Source: Octopus sinensis (taxonomy: Eukaryota). From it: a stretch of 64,000 nt of DNA. How positions within the stretch are numbered: the first letter of the stretch is position 1; each line of letters opens with the position of its first letter. The DNA is taken from NCBI RefSeq assembly GCF_006345805.1, contig NC_043008.1:14198001-14262000 (forward strand), in the 5' to 3' direction. Shown here one piece after another: positions 42,009 through 56,280 of this stretch. The notes under the pieces are model-generated. The model was not told where the DNA came from, did no database searches, and worked only from the letters and a program-made list of their open reading frames with translations. A program made the translations under genes and the position numbers.

Positions 42009-42663
42009 CATAAAATTTGTGAAAGTATAATTAATTTTAAAAAATTCTAAAAATTACTATTTATTCTTTGGAACAGTAGAATTTAATGAATGTGCTTCAA
42101 AATATTGTGTGACAGAAGTAGGATAGTCAAGGTAGACAACTAATAATGGACTTGTAAACTCTTTCTTATTCCAACATTTTCCCCTATTTATGAACGATTA
42201 TTAACTAATATTTAAGAATTGTATCGTCTAAATTACGAAAATATTTTACCGACTCTGTTCCAATATCCAGAACATGAATCTTCACTCTCGATCATTAACA
42301 AATTCCCTTTTAGGGCGCTGTAGACAGATTCCAAACTCAGTATAGCAATATATTTTCTCGGGAATTAAGGCTGCGAACCGGAAGGATCGTAACCATGCCG
42401 GGCAAAGCGCTTAATAGCATTTCGACCGTTGTCACGTTCTGAGTCAAAATTCTGCCCAGATCGGCTTTGCCTTTAATCTTCACGGGGTCGATTAAATAAG
42501 TACCAGTTGAACACTGGAGTCGATGAAGTCGACTTACGCCTCCCCTAAAATTGCTGGCCTTGTGCCAAAATTTGTACCCAATATGCCAATATATTGTTTC
42601 GAGAAATCTGATTGAAATTTTTGTTTTGCATAGAGACGTAAAGGGGGGAAAAGTATACAAAAT

Positions 42664-43080
42664 ATGGCTGTGTGGTAAGTAGCTTGCTTACCAACCACAT
42701 GGTTCCGGGTTCAGTCCCACTGCGCGGCACCTTGGGCAAGTGTCTTCTGCTTTAGCCTCGGGCCGACTAATGCCTTGTGAGTGGATTTGGTAGACGGAAA
42801 CTGAAAGAAGCCTGTCGTATATATATGTATATATATATATGTATGTATGTATGTGTGTGTATATGTATGTGTGTCTGTGTTTGTCCACCCAGCATTGCTT
42901 GACAACCGATGCTGGTGTGTTTACGTCCCCGTCAATTAGCGGTTCGGCAAAGTAGACCGATAGAATAAGTACTGGGCTTACAAAAGAATAAGTTCCAGGA
43001 TTGAGTTGCTCGACTAAAGGCGGTGCTCCAGCATGGCCGCAGTCAAATTACTGAAACAAGTAACAGAGTAATAGAGTATT
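42664..43080 (+). mobile_element. Full-length SINE family B
   Basis: tRNA-like head ggctgtgtggtaagtagc..ggttccgggttcagtccc, internal microsatellite, tail ..gaaacaagtaacagagt. Confidence 0.87.
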
Positions 43081-43886
43081 ATTGGTATGCAATACAGAAA
43101 TACCATCTGCAGGCGTAGGTGTGGAGATAAGTTTGTTTGCTTGGGCGGTGGTGGCTGGAGAGTTTACACCCACTCACCACAAGAAACTAAATTAGATGGA
43201 ATACAATATGTTACAGTCAATTATTCTGAAAATATAATTTCAATGCTACTTGTACAATTAAGCACGATCACAAACGATAAAAGAAAATTTGCAAGGACAT
43301 AATAACGTAAATGCTTTAATTGAAGATAAAAATATATATTTCTTTCTAATTACGATGTCTAAAATTATAATAATCTGATCGAAATTCCACCTCCTTCGTA
43401 TACATTGATTTTTCTCACCAATAATTACTTTATACTATTTAACTGTAAAATAGTTTCTAGTCGAAACTAGTTGTGACAAGATGAGATGATAAATGTTACC
43501 AACGGTCATATTTGCAGCTTCTCTCTCTTCTTATAATTTCTGTTGACAAACTAACACTGTTCATATTTTTAAGTAATCAGCGATTATGAAGACAGCTATT
43601 AATGAATAACAAATATTTGTGCTAATTTCTGTTGCTAGAATAAATATAATATGGTCTGATATCCTTGTGAATTGCCATTCAACAAGAGACGAAACAAATA
43701 TTTTCAGTTAACTAACGCATTTTAACGTATTTTATTAACACACGAACTTTTTTTTTTTTACAGTATCACACTTTCGTAAGCCTTCATAAATATATTGAGA
43801 TTTGATACAGAGAGAACAATGTTAATCTGAATAATTTCTATTCAATTCACTCGTTACTTTGTGGGGCGAAGATCGATTGCATCTTA

Positions 43887-45808
43887 CGCGGTGCTATTAA
43901 AACGTTCTCGGACTAGTGTTGTAGTGCGCCAACAAATGGCGGCTAAGAGAGCTAGCAGTGACCTTCATGAAACAGTGTTCCGTGTGACATCACTGTGTTT
44001 ACTTCGCAAATTTTCAAATTTGTGTTTTGGGGATCACGTGTATGCAGTAGTCCACGATTTTTGTCATGGACATGAAGCTGGAACAAAGAGCCAAATTGAA
44101 GTTTTGCGTTGAAATTCCGACATATGCTACAGATATACGAGGGGCGTTCAATAAGTAATGCCCCTGACCCACTTCCCATAGCAGTAGAGCAACGAAACTT
44201 GGCACAGGTATTAGTCTTTTTCTACATAGGAACAACCCAGAGGTACGCATTTCTCCCATCGTTTGATGCAGTTATGGAGACCGTTTTCGTAGAAGACCCC
44301 AGCTTGGTCCCCCAACCACGACGTGACTTCAGAAATCAAGGCTGCATCATCTGGGAAACGCTTTCCTTTCAAAAACAACTTCATGGCTGGGAAGAGGTGA
44401 AAATCAGAGGGTGCAAGGTCAGGAAAGTAGGGGGGATGCGGAGGAGTTCATAGCCATACGCCTGTGCTTCTGATCTGGCGACACGCGAGTTGTGGACCGG
44501 AGCGTTGTCCTGCAGGAGGAGGATGCCTTTGCTGATCTTGCCCCGCCTCTTGGTTTCGATAGCTTCTCTTAATTTCCTCAAAAGTGAAACATGATAGGCT
44601 CCTGTAATTGTGGTACCCTTTGCCAGGAAATCTGTCATCACTACTCCGTCCTGGTCCCAGAAGACTGTGAGCATGACCTTGCCAGCGGAGGGCTGCACCC
44701 TTGCCTTCTTTGGAGGAGGTGAGTCATGGTGCTTCCACTGCATTGACTGGGCTTTGGTCTCTGGATCATAGTGATGGACCCAGGTCTCATCCTGTGTAAT
44801 CGGTCTTTTGAAAAATTTTGACTCATCTTATTGGCACATCCCTAAATTCTTGCTTCTGGAATTCTTGCGTTCTTGCTTCTGGAAAAGTGTGAGCAACCTG
44901 GAAATCCATCTGGCAGACACCTTTTGCATATGCAAATGGTCATGAATGATAGTTGCCACAGACCCGTTACTAATCTTGACCTCATGGCTATTTGGCGAAT
45001 AGTTATGCGTCGATCTTCCAAAATGGCAGCCTCAACTTGACGGACAGATGCCTCATCAATGGCAGACGGGGTGCGACCAGATCTGGGAGCTGTTTCCACA
45101 GAGTTCCGACCATGTTTGAATTCACGATGCCAGCGTTTTACAAGGTCATATGATGGGGCATCATCACCATAAGTTACTTTCATTTCATTAAAAGTCTCCT
45201 GTGGTGTGCGTCATTTCAAATACAAAAACCGGATCACTGCTCGATTCAACATGACTCATTTCAAACACCTGTAAATCAGAAACCACAATTACTTCGGAGC
45301 TGTAATTTGCCACTTAATCTATAGAGATATCAATAATTGCACATGCAAAATTGCAGCTAGATCAAACAAAGGCAAAGTGGTCAGAGGCATTACTTATTGA
45401 ACGCCCCTCGTATTTGAGCATACTTCAGCAAGCTAACAGTGACAAGGCAATATTTCGAGTGGCACGTTTGCTTCAAAACCGCCCAAAACAACATGGTATC
45501 GCTCTGCACCCGCCCTATTTGCCAACTTTATTTCTAGCGGACTTTCCTCTTTTACCCCAGACGAAAATACAGTTCAAATGTCGCCTTTTTCACTCCATTA
45601 TCAAGATAGACCAAAAGTGAATCGCAGAAGGTCCTCGACACGCTTTCGGCAAACGACTTGCAAGTCGGCTTCCAAAAATGGCAGGAACACTGGGACCGAC
45701 AAATTCCTGCACAAGGTGTCTATATCAAAGAAGATGTTAATACTTAGGTAAAGAACTAATTTTTGTTAAACACAGCTAATCCGTGGACATTTAGATCAAC
45801 TACCCTCT
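43887..45808 (+). mobile_element. Old, internally deleted mariner, split by a younger mariner
   Basis: N-terminal EQRAKLKFCV before the insertion; LSILQQA..HPPYLPTL.LADF and a KWQEHWD..AQG-like C-terminus after it. Putative degenerate TIRs near 43887 and 45800. Confidence 0.65.
44138..45410 (-). mobile_element. Full-length (1273 bp) mariner with a pseudogenised DD34D-type transposase
   Basis: 32-bp TIRs cgaggggcgttcaataagtaatgcc(c/t)ctgacc with 1 mismatch, TA duplication at 44136-44137 and 45411-45412. Motifs APRSGR, DETWVHHYDP, SAGKVMLTVFWD, QDNAPVH; stop and frameshifts present. Confidence 0.93.
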
Positions 45809-46687
45809 CATGTTTCAGTGGCTTTAAAATACCAACGTTTTCATTCAGATCAAATTTAGAAGATTGCTGCTGGAACCTCTAACGCTGTGTGGTAGCGTGT
45901 GGAATATATAATTTAGGTTTATTTTAATTTATAAATCAGTTCCTTTACTTATTTCCATAAACATGTATTGCTAAGCTGTGTTGTTGTTGTTGTTGCTGAT
46001 GCTGCAGTTGTTATTGTAGTTGTTGTTGTTGTTGTGATTATTGTTCTATAACTAATGTCAGTTCTGCTTCAGAAGATTAATGGTACAACAGCTGATTTAA
46101 TAAAATATTTAATCAATATTTCTAGCCATAGCGATTTTATCTTTATTGTGCAACACTGTGTCGTTAAATTTATAAAATACACGAGATTCGCATTTGATGA
46201 TGGTTTGAAAAATTTGGGCTGAAGATTGGCCTGCTTTGATGAAAAGATTATGTAACTCTATGAAATATTCCCTTTAGGCTTGCTGAAAATATTTTAATTT
46301 CATAAAATCACTGATGTTAAATGAACAAAAAATTGTTTCAAAATATGAAAATAAGGAAGTGCATCAAGGGGTAATCAATGTCCAAAATTACATGTAACGA
46401 TGTCTTAAATGACTCAATCAAGCAATAAAATTCACACCTCTGTGTGAATCACGCGCCAACAACGCAAGTCTTAGCTTGAAATCCTTTGATGTAGAAAAAA
46501 CACAAACGTAGTCGAAGATAGCCAGTTAGCGAACGAGCTACAGAGCGGCGCAATGTGGATTACTGCCGAGGTGAGGCTGTTGAAAAAAAATCCCAGTTTC
46601 TCCATAACTTGTACTAAGAAGAGTTTCTTATAGACTTGCGAACAGCTTGCTTGTACATGTGCTGTCTATCGGAAGCTACATATACCG

Positions 46688-46920
46688 ATTTCTTTACTAC
46701 CCACAAGAGGCTAAACACAGAGGGGACAAACAATGACAGACAAACGGATTACGTCGATTATATTGACCCCAGTGCGTAACTGGTACTTAATTTATCGACC
46801 TCGAAAGGATGAAAGGCAAACTCGACCTCGGCGGAATTTGAACTCAGAACGTAACGGCAGACGAAATACGGCTACGCATGTCGCCCAGCATGCTAACGAT
46901 TCTACCAGCTCGCCGCCTTA
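46688..46920 (-). mobile_element. SINE family A with a 15-bp target-site duplication
   Basis: aagctacatataccg at 46673-46687 and 46924-46938. Confidence 0.9.
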
Positions 46921-47320
46921 AAAAAGCTACATATACCGGCGGTCGGGAGTTATCAGGAGAGCATACACACCATTTCGGAACCTTTCTCTCGACAGCTGTA
47001 CAGTGCACTGCCCACACTATTACCACCACTGATGCACGGCCCCGCCTATCGGATCGGCTGGCTAGTATTCGATCTCAAACTCATTTGTTCTTAGTCAGGA
47101 CATTTCAGTTCACTAGATTTGAGATACATCGGTGGGGTGGGGCTTGCTATCCTTTAAACTGGAAGGTATTGTGCGAATGGCATAGGTAAGCCTTCAGAGA
47201 TTGGTAAATTGATGGAGGCGATGTGATTCTCATGAGTAACGGTAATTCGGTGACTGTAGGAAAAAAGACGTCGATGAGGGGGGAAGAATTAATTTTTTTT
47301 TTTTACATTCTCTAGCCATA

Positions 47321-47587
47321 AGGGCCGGTTTCCCGGTTTCTTGGTGTATAGGTTCCCCACCTGGACTGGACGCCGGTCAGTTGCAGGTAAGCTGCAAGAT
47401 GCAGGAGGAAAGAGCGAGAGAAATTTGTGGCGAAAGCGTCAGCAGAAGTTTGCCATTACCTTCTGCCGAAGCCGCGTGGAGCTTAGGTGTTTTCGCTCAT
47501 AAACATACACATCGCCCGGTCTGAGATTCGAACCCGCGATCCCTCGACCGCGAGTCCGCTGCTCTAACCACTAAGCCATGTGCTCCC
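47321..47587 (-). mobile_element. SINE family C
   Basis: Matches 27623-27887. Confidence 0.8.
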
Positions 47588-49377
47588 ACTAGAATTTTAA
47601 ACGACCGGGAAGAAACGATTGGTCTAAGTGGTCAGTGTTCGACGTGACGGCTCGCTACGATATGACTGGTGAGGGGTAAAGAGATGAGTTAAACAAGGGA
47701 GTAAAATCAAGGTCGTCAAAATTTTAAATCAGAAGAAAATACGGCCTAACTTATGTCGAACGTCTTACACTATACTAAAGGTAACAATAGGGGAGGTTCA
47801 CATATGGCACGCCTAGGGTCATATGTCTGCTGAAACACCTTTGCAACATCAATAATAAGTATTCCAGCATTACTATGACCTGAAAGCATTTCCTTCATTC
47901 ACTTCATTCCCGATTCCACAACAAGACCACCACCACCGATATCGTTTCTTAGAAGCTATGCCAAAGTCAACCTATTGCTGCGAGAACTGGCTGAGCAATG
48001 CTGGCAAAACAACCAGAAAAGTACACCAATAATAAATAACAAAAAGAGCAAAGAACAATACCAAAATAGCGCAAGACAAACGTTTGCCAAAACCAAATAT
48101 GTCTGGGGACACAAGTAGCAATAGAATGTTTGATTAAAGTCTTTGGACTTCGTCGTCATCATCATCATCATGAACCGCATTACAGATTATGCTGTTGTTG
48201 TTGTTGTTGTCGTTGTTATTGCTGTCACCATTTTTGTTTGTTATCGCCTTCATCGTCCGCGTCGTCTCTTGGAAATAAACTCGTATTAATGTTAGTGACT
48301 TTGGCAGTGTTTGACTAATGGATTTCATGATTGCCTACAGACATTCGTATTTATATTATTTCTATTTTTTTTATTTTTTGCGCGCGAGACCGAACATTTT
48401 TTTCCTATTTTTGTTTTGATTTCTTCAGATTTTCGTTTCTTTGTTGCTGTTTTTTTATAATTTTTCTTTTCTGTTATACATTTTTTCACCTTTATATTTT
48501 TGTTGCCAAATTTCTATAAATGGATATAATCAACAAAATATTGTATATAGGAACACATATGCTTTACTCTCATACTGTTCTTCTTGTTATTGTGGTCGAC
48601 TAAAGACGACATTCCTTATACATATGCACAAACATGGACATGTGGTTAAAAAATCTCGCATTGTATCCACCTGGTTGCTAGTTCGGACCCACTGCACCGC
48701 ACCCAGGGCAACGGGCCAATGCCTTCTGAGTGCATCCATAAACAAAATTTGTGTGGAAGACTCTCGTTTATAAGTGTATGTGTGTGTGTGCATGTGTGTG
48801 GGTGTGTGAATAATCCAGATGAGAAGGTAACAAAATACCTTATGGGTGGGAGACTGTGTTTGCCACTGGCACCCAAGGCTCGATAACCGATCTTTGTTTA
48901 CGGCCCCGTTACTTGTGGCACAGCAAAAGTGGCCACGACCGAAACAAAAAAAAAACAATATGTACTGGAATCAATTTGCTTCACTAAACCCTTCAAAGCA
49001 ATGCCCCAGCATGACCGCAGTCCAGTGACTGAAGCAAGCAAAAGAATAAGATAAAGGATACATGATTAATAATTTGATTTAAAGGTAATGAAAAATAGTT
49101 GCAATTAGGTACAAGACCCAGTTAGAGTATTATGTTATCTTTATCGAAAGTAGAGAAGTTAATTATGATTTGCATGGTTTTTGGCTGTTGGCATTTTTTT
49201 CCATTTAGCTCTAGGTTAGACGTGAACAAGCAAACAGAGATGAAATCATTTCAATTACGACTACACATCGGTTATGTTTTTTTAATAGTGCATCTATGTC
49301 TATGTTATTCTTATTACAAAAAGCATTCCAACATCTTGCATAAAGACCCCTCCTCACTCTCAAATATAACCCCCACC

Positions 49378-49803
49378 CACCTATTTCTTTACTACCCACT
49401 AGGGGCTAAACATAGAGGGGACAAACAAGGACAGACAGAGGGATTAAGTCGATTACATCGACCCCAGTGCGTAATTGGTACTCAATTTATCGACTCCGAA
49501 AGGATGAAAGGCAAAGTCGACCTCGGCGGTATTTGAACTCAGAACGTAACGGCAGACGAAATACCTATTTCTATTTCTTTATTACCCACAAGGGGCTAAA
49601 CACAGAGGGGACAAACAAGGACAGACAAAGGGATTAAGTCGATTACATCGACCCCAGTGCGTAACTGATACTTAATTTATCGACCCCGAAAGGATGAAAG
49701 GCAAAGTCAACCTCGGTGGCATTTGAACTCAGAACGTAGCAGCAGACGAAATACCGCGAAGCATTTCGCCCGGCGTGCTAACGTTTCTACCAGTTCGCCG
49801 CCT
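49378..49803 (-). mobile_element. SINE family A dimer
   Basis: Head at about 49800 plus two units. Confidence 0.85.
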
Positions 49804-50558
49804 ACCAATTAGTCACGCGAGATTTTTTCCCTTTCCTGTTCCTTTTCCTCTGATCATTTCTGACAAGTTATTTGGCAACATCACCCTATCCGAGGGCATA
49901 AATAAAAAAGCACCAAGTATACACTGTAAAGTGTTAGGTAAGGTGTCCAACCACGGAGACCATACCAAAGCAGGCGCTGGTGCGCGGTGCAGCTCTTTGA
50001 ATCATCAAATCGCCAACCCATACCGACAAGTAAAATGGACATTAATGATGATGATAATGGTGATGATGGTGATGATGACAGAGAAAGAAATTCAACTGGT
50101 TGAGTCGCTGATAATCTTGTTCTTGTTAAACCCCAAATCCCTCTTATTAATGCTGCCCTTTGATTAGATGCGTAACTTGATTTTTTTCGACAAGTTAGGG
50201 TTTGATTTAAGCAAAATATGACTGACTGACTGACCGTATAGAGGTTTTACTCTTCAGCCCAAATGATTGGTGATCGTGGCAGCAGCGGCAGTGGTGGCAT
50301 GGTGGTGGTGGCTGTGGTAGCACGCATTTCGTAAATTGATTTATTATAAACCTGATCATGTACCAATGATTCCAAATTTTAGCACAATGCCAGCAATTTC
50401 GGAAGAGGAGTAAGTCAATTACATCGATCCAGTACTCAAATAGTACTTATTTTTATGATCTCAAAAGTAGGCTGACCTCGGCGGAATTTGAACTCAGAAA
50501 GAAAAGACAGATGAAATACCTATTTCTTTACTACCCACAAGGGGCTAAACACAGGGTT

Positions 50559-50644
<86 letters not shown>

Positions 50645-50645
50645 G

Positions 50646-51062
50646 AAGGCGGCGAGCTGGCCGAAGCGTTAGCACGCCGGGCGAAATGCGTAGCCGTATT
50701 TTGTCTGCCGTTACGTTCTGAGTTCCAATTCCGCCGAGGTCGACTTTGCCTTTCATCCTTTCGGGGTCGATTAAATAAGTACCATTACGCACTGGAGTCG
50801 ATGAAATCGACTTAATTCGTGTGTGCCTGTCCTTGTTTGTCCCCTCTGTGTTTAGACCCTTGTGGGCAATAAAGAAATAGGTATTTTGTCTGCCGTTACG
50901 TCTTGAGTTCAAATTCCGTCGAGATCGACTTTGCTTTTCATCCTTTCGGGGTCAATAAATAATTTACCAGTTACGAACTGGAATCAATGTATCCGCCTTA
51001 ATCCCTTTGCCTGTCCTTGTTTGTCCCCTCTATGTTTAGCCACTTGTGGGCAATAAAGAAAT
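50646..51062 (+). mobile_element. SINE family A dimer between (GATA)n tracts
   Basis: Head ggcggcgagctggccgaagcg plus two units; an opposite-strand partial copy lies at about 50400-50555. Confidence 0.85.
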
Positions 51063-51124
<62 letters not shown>

Positions 51125-51749
51125 CACAGACAGACAGACAGACAGACAGACATGATAGCTATCATTACTATGCAAGTTTAATGTATATATACAGCTGATA
51201 GACCAGTTAAGGTGGGATATATCCTGCGATAACATCTTTCTTATCAAAGGTAGATGATATATATCACCAACAGCGATTAGGGGGAACTTGAAATGCATTT
51301 CAGGCCTTATGGATCACAACGATGATATTCGAAGCAACCAACGGCATACTTGAACGAGGATTCTTCGCTTCTAATCACGAATCAGTGAATAGAATCCGCT
51401 GATGTTGCGAATACATTTCTTCTTGAAGAGAGGCACCAGTTATACGAAATACAGGCAATATGAAATTAAGATACTATCTCCCTCCGATATTTATCGTTTT
51501 TAGCGAAACAACCCCATAAGAAATCTTATCTCAAGACATATACAATCGGTAATTCTCTGTAGAACACATATGTTCTACATATATGATCATAGAATATTCT
51601 AGGCGGCAAAAACGACTAACTATTGAAACTACACACACAGCATTGCATTTTTTCATAATGAAATATATTTATTATAAATTGCATATGATGGTGAAATGCT
51701 ACATAGACACACACACACAAACACATACATCTATATATATATATATAAT

Positions 51750-51783
<34 letters not shown>

Positions 51784-52185
51784 ATACATATGCAATATAT
51801 GCTTTATATATGTGAACGTAGCTTGATATAGATTAATGTATAGAGTTGTAGATGTAGTTAACTACATCGCCAAACACATTTTTAAAAATTAATTTTCGCA
51901 ATGAAAAATCAGAAGGAAATTAAAAAAAAAATATATTCATCCTCATATATTATAGTTTGTAACTGCTTTATAAACTATTATTTCTACTGCATATCATAGA
52001 TAGATAGATAAATATATACATACATGTATATATATAATATATATATATATATATGTATGCATATGTGTAGATATATATTTACACATAAATATATGTGTGT
52101 GTATGTATGTAGATATATATATATACATATATATACATATATATATTTGTATATATATATGTATGTGTATGTAGATATATATATT

Positions 52186-52229
<44 letters not shown>

Positions 52230-52603
52230 TACATATATATATATATACATAAATGCATTTATATGTACATATATATATATATATATATACATACATACAT
52301 AGAAACGTACGCGTACACACGCTTATGTTTATGTCTCCACACACACACACCCTATATATATGTGTGTGTATATGTGTGCGTATGTATGAGCGCGTGTGTG
52401 TCTATGAATACAGTAAAATATTTAAGCTATGCACTTGTTAATACATATTTGTATATATCACACTACACATACGCACACACGCAAACAGATGTATATTATT
52501 ACATATATAGGCGTGTGTATAATTTAAAAATGTATAAGTGAGTCTATTTTTCCATCTATCTACCTATCTAAATATTTATCTATCTATCTATCTATATATC
52601 TAT

Positions 52604-52653
<50 letters not shown>

Positions 52654-53185
52654 CATTTTATGTATATTTATATATATATACATACATTTTATGTATATTT
52701 ATATATATATACATACGTATAAACATACATACATATACGTGCATATATACAACACACATATACATATGTATGTATATATATACATACATATATACATACC
52801 TACATGCGCATGTGCACATATACATATTTTAACGCATATTCATATTCTTCATTTTTCTACTGATTTTTTTTTTTGCCTATGTAGATTGAATATACAAAAT
52901 CATTTTCTTATTTGTTATATAAAAAGAGAGAAAATGATGAAAAAAAAAAACCTGCTGCTTTTATAGATTTTTATTTAATTCCTTTCATTGCAAAAACCAA
53001 GACTGTTGTTTTGCTATAATTTTTTTTTTTTAGTTTTTCTTTTATTTTATTTTTTTGCTATAAAGTAATATTTCAGATTTTGTTTGGAAAATTTTTAGGC
53101 ATGAAATATCTGGAAACACTTCAAATGGAATATAAAATATTAATATACATACATATATATACACACATATGAATATGTACATATA

Positions 53186-53222
<37 letters not shown>

Positions 53223-53819
53223 GTATATATATATATGTATATATATGCGTGTGTGCGCATATGTGTGCGTATGAATTTATATACAAATATTATGATGGTG
53301 ATAATTAAAAATGGAAAAGTATGAATATGTGGAAAGTAAGGTATCATACACTTTCTCTAAATTAATATGCTGTTGAAAATTTTCTTCTTTATTGAATGGG
53401 ACAATTTCTGAATTTATTTTGATATATATATATATGCCAATCGTTTGGCTTCACAGAATTGACGTAAAAGCGAACGTGTACAGCAATATTGTAAATATCC
53501 AGCGCCTTAATTTTGCCACTATTCTCCCTCAAATATTTGATGTACTCTGAAATTTAATGATATTAGAAAGCATCAATAGGGTTTGTCATCTTGTTTCGTC
53601 ATGTAGAGAGTTGCAACATTTGTAAACAAGGTAAATACTGATGAAGACACCGAGAGAGAGTGAGAGTGGGGACAAACAGACAGAAGAGATACACATGCAG
53701 ACAGCCTGACAGATAGATAGACAGACAGACATGCAGACAATCAGGCAGATAGAGAAAGTGACCGACTGAGAGAGAGAGATGTGGAAAAGAAAAACAGTAG
53801 AGATGGGAAAAGGGAAATG

Positions 53820-54545
53820 GTGTTCGGGCAAAATTTGACGATTTTTCCTGTCTCATTTTTGGGGGGTTTGTTTTTGGAACATCTTGATGCATCCAATTTC
53901 AACGGCGCTGGAGAGCATAAATATTAAAGTTGATAGAAGAAAAATCAGCTCACTAGAGAGGACGGAAATCCATTTGAACACTGCTCTGAAAACACTCTAA
54001 AGACTATGAGATGTCACAAAGACAGTTGCAATGGGGACTACGAAGCCGTGACCAGCAAGAAGGGCCACGACTGGCGTTCTGACTGCGTCGGAATACCAGT
54101 ATTCATACACATATCCTTAAATAGGGTCTTAGGTTCAATTCAGACGGCTACGTGAAGCTGCTGGCGACTGTAACCAATCCTTGGCTGAAGAAAGTTGCTG
54201 CTGGAAGGCCATATATGTGGCAGAAGGACTAGGTTTCTTAACATACCCCCCGGAAAGAACTACAAGTGTTTGTTGGAGAATATCTATGACTTCACCCACC
54301 CAAATTTCTGGACTTCTACGACTCCCTATTGTAATCCCATCGATTATTAACTGTGGGGCACGGTTGAGAAACACACCAACCGCTTCGCTTGCAATGCCAA
54401 GGCCAAGCTGATGGCCAAGATCAAAGAAATGTTCGATCTTGTCTGGGACACAGGGAAGAACGCATGCAACAGGTTCCGGATCCATGCTAAGCTCGTAGTA
54501 GAAGCTGAGGGCATCTACTTTGAGAAAATTATCTCCCTGGCATAA
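53820..54545 (+). mobile_element. Deleted Tc1/mariner transposase remnant, maT/DD37D-like
   Basis: RFNSDGYVKLLATVTNPWLKKVAAGRPYMWQKD, NFWTSTTPYCNPIDY, NACNRFR..VVEAEGIYFE; ends not resolved. Confidence 0.7.
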
Positions 54546-54829
54546 TATTTTTTTTATTCACTTTTGATTGGTTTCAGTAAAAGTACTGCCTTAAATCGAA
54601 CAAAGTGACACCAGAACTTATTCTTTGTATGTTTAGTACTTATTCTATCATTCGCTTTTGCCGAACCGCTAATGTACAGGGACATAAACACATTAACATC
54701 CGTTGTCAAGCGGTGGTGGTGACAAACACAGACACACAAACATATTTAAAGAGATATCAAATATTTGATAACTCTTTAAATCCTCGAATTCAGCCTATTT
54801 TTATTCGACATCCTCTCTTGTAAAAGATT

Positions 54830-56280
54830 AAGAATTACTTTCACTCTATGATCCAACCCCTAAACCTGCCACTATTGTCCCAACACCTGCAGAAACCCCA
54901 AGTGCTGCTGGTACATTATCTTCTGACATTCAGCCCAACAATACCGCCCACACAATCTTTAGTAGGAGTCCTCGTCTGTCATCCGTCACACCACTTTATG
55001 ACAAATCCCGTATCATTACTAACACTAATAGGCCCCTACGACTCAATAAGTGAAATTGTCTTTTTTTACAATTCTCAGACTCTTCCTATCAGTTCCGCTA
55101 ACGTCTGTGCTTCTATAAAACCAACCCTCGAAAACACAAGGCTTTGGATCTCTTCACTGGCATGTATCATAATGTGAGCACTTTCTGGAAGTGTTTAAGA
55201 TACCTTAACGTCTCCACAGTGAGACTCTATCCTCCACCGATCTTGTCACCAACCTGACATCGTCGTCAAATTTGTTAATGTTGTAGCAATATAATTTACA
55301 TAAGACCGAAACTTCTCCACACCTTCTTAACTCACTGTTCCAGTAACTCCATCATACACTGACGGATTTCTTCTTCTCTTCACTTACTCACAGTCACCAA
55401 CCGCATCTCCAAGTTGTAAGTACTTCCCATATCTACCTCCTCTCTAGCGTACAAAAGGACTCCCAGTTACCCCTCCATTCCCACCAATTACTTCGTAATT
55501 AATTTATCTCTAACTTCTTTACACAGCTCCTTTCACCCTTTGTCGCAGCTATTCCAGCACATAACCATGTCATAAACCTCATCCCTTTCTCTTCAACTCA
55601 ATTTCCCTTTTCGCTAGCGTTTCTCTTATTCATGGGCACCATCATGGCGATACGCTCGGATTCAACGTCTTTACTCAACCCTCAACCTTCATGAACTTGA
55701 TCAGGACTTCTAGTAATTCCCCCTTTCCAGTGATTTACCGAGATTATCAGTACCATGACAGAACCCAATTACGCAAAGCTATTTGCCGATCACATTTGGT
55801 CCTAAATAGTCACCGGGTTCCCTGGACCTTCTCCTCCTTAATGACTTGTACTTGCGCCTTCTTTACTTGTACAACCTGAGCACTTTCAAAACCTTCCACA
55901 CTATGATAGATTTTATAGCTACCTTTATTTCCACCGCTTCTGCTAAATTCTTTCCAAGATTTAATCTCATTTTTGTTACTCAAACCCAATTTGCTATTTC
56001 CTACAGAGAATTCATCCTATTTTATACAAATATTGTTAAATTCATCCAGCTCATAAAGCTGCCTGCCATCGTGTTCGCACTAGTGACTGTCATTCTGTTC
56101 TCTCGAATTTTTCCACACCACATCCAAACATCTTCCCTTTCAACACATGAGGTCCCCTCTAGTTTACCCAAACAGCACACTACCCAAGCGCAGTTTTATT
56201 TCTTCCCACAAGACCACATCGCTTTCCAGATTGTCCATAAATACTCTCTCACTTTTTGGTGATAGATACTCTACAGTGGC
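54830..56280 (-). pseudogene. Highly decayed RTE-like LINE reverse transcriptase region
   Basis: Residual similarity on the minus strand to VHQGSVLS, EVVDSF.YLGD and AR.RKAWRKFR-type motifs; heavily disrupted. Confidence 0.5.
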
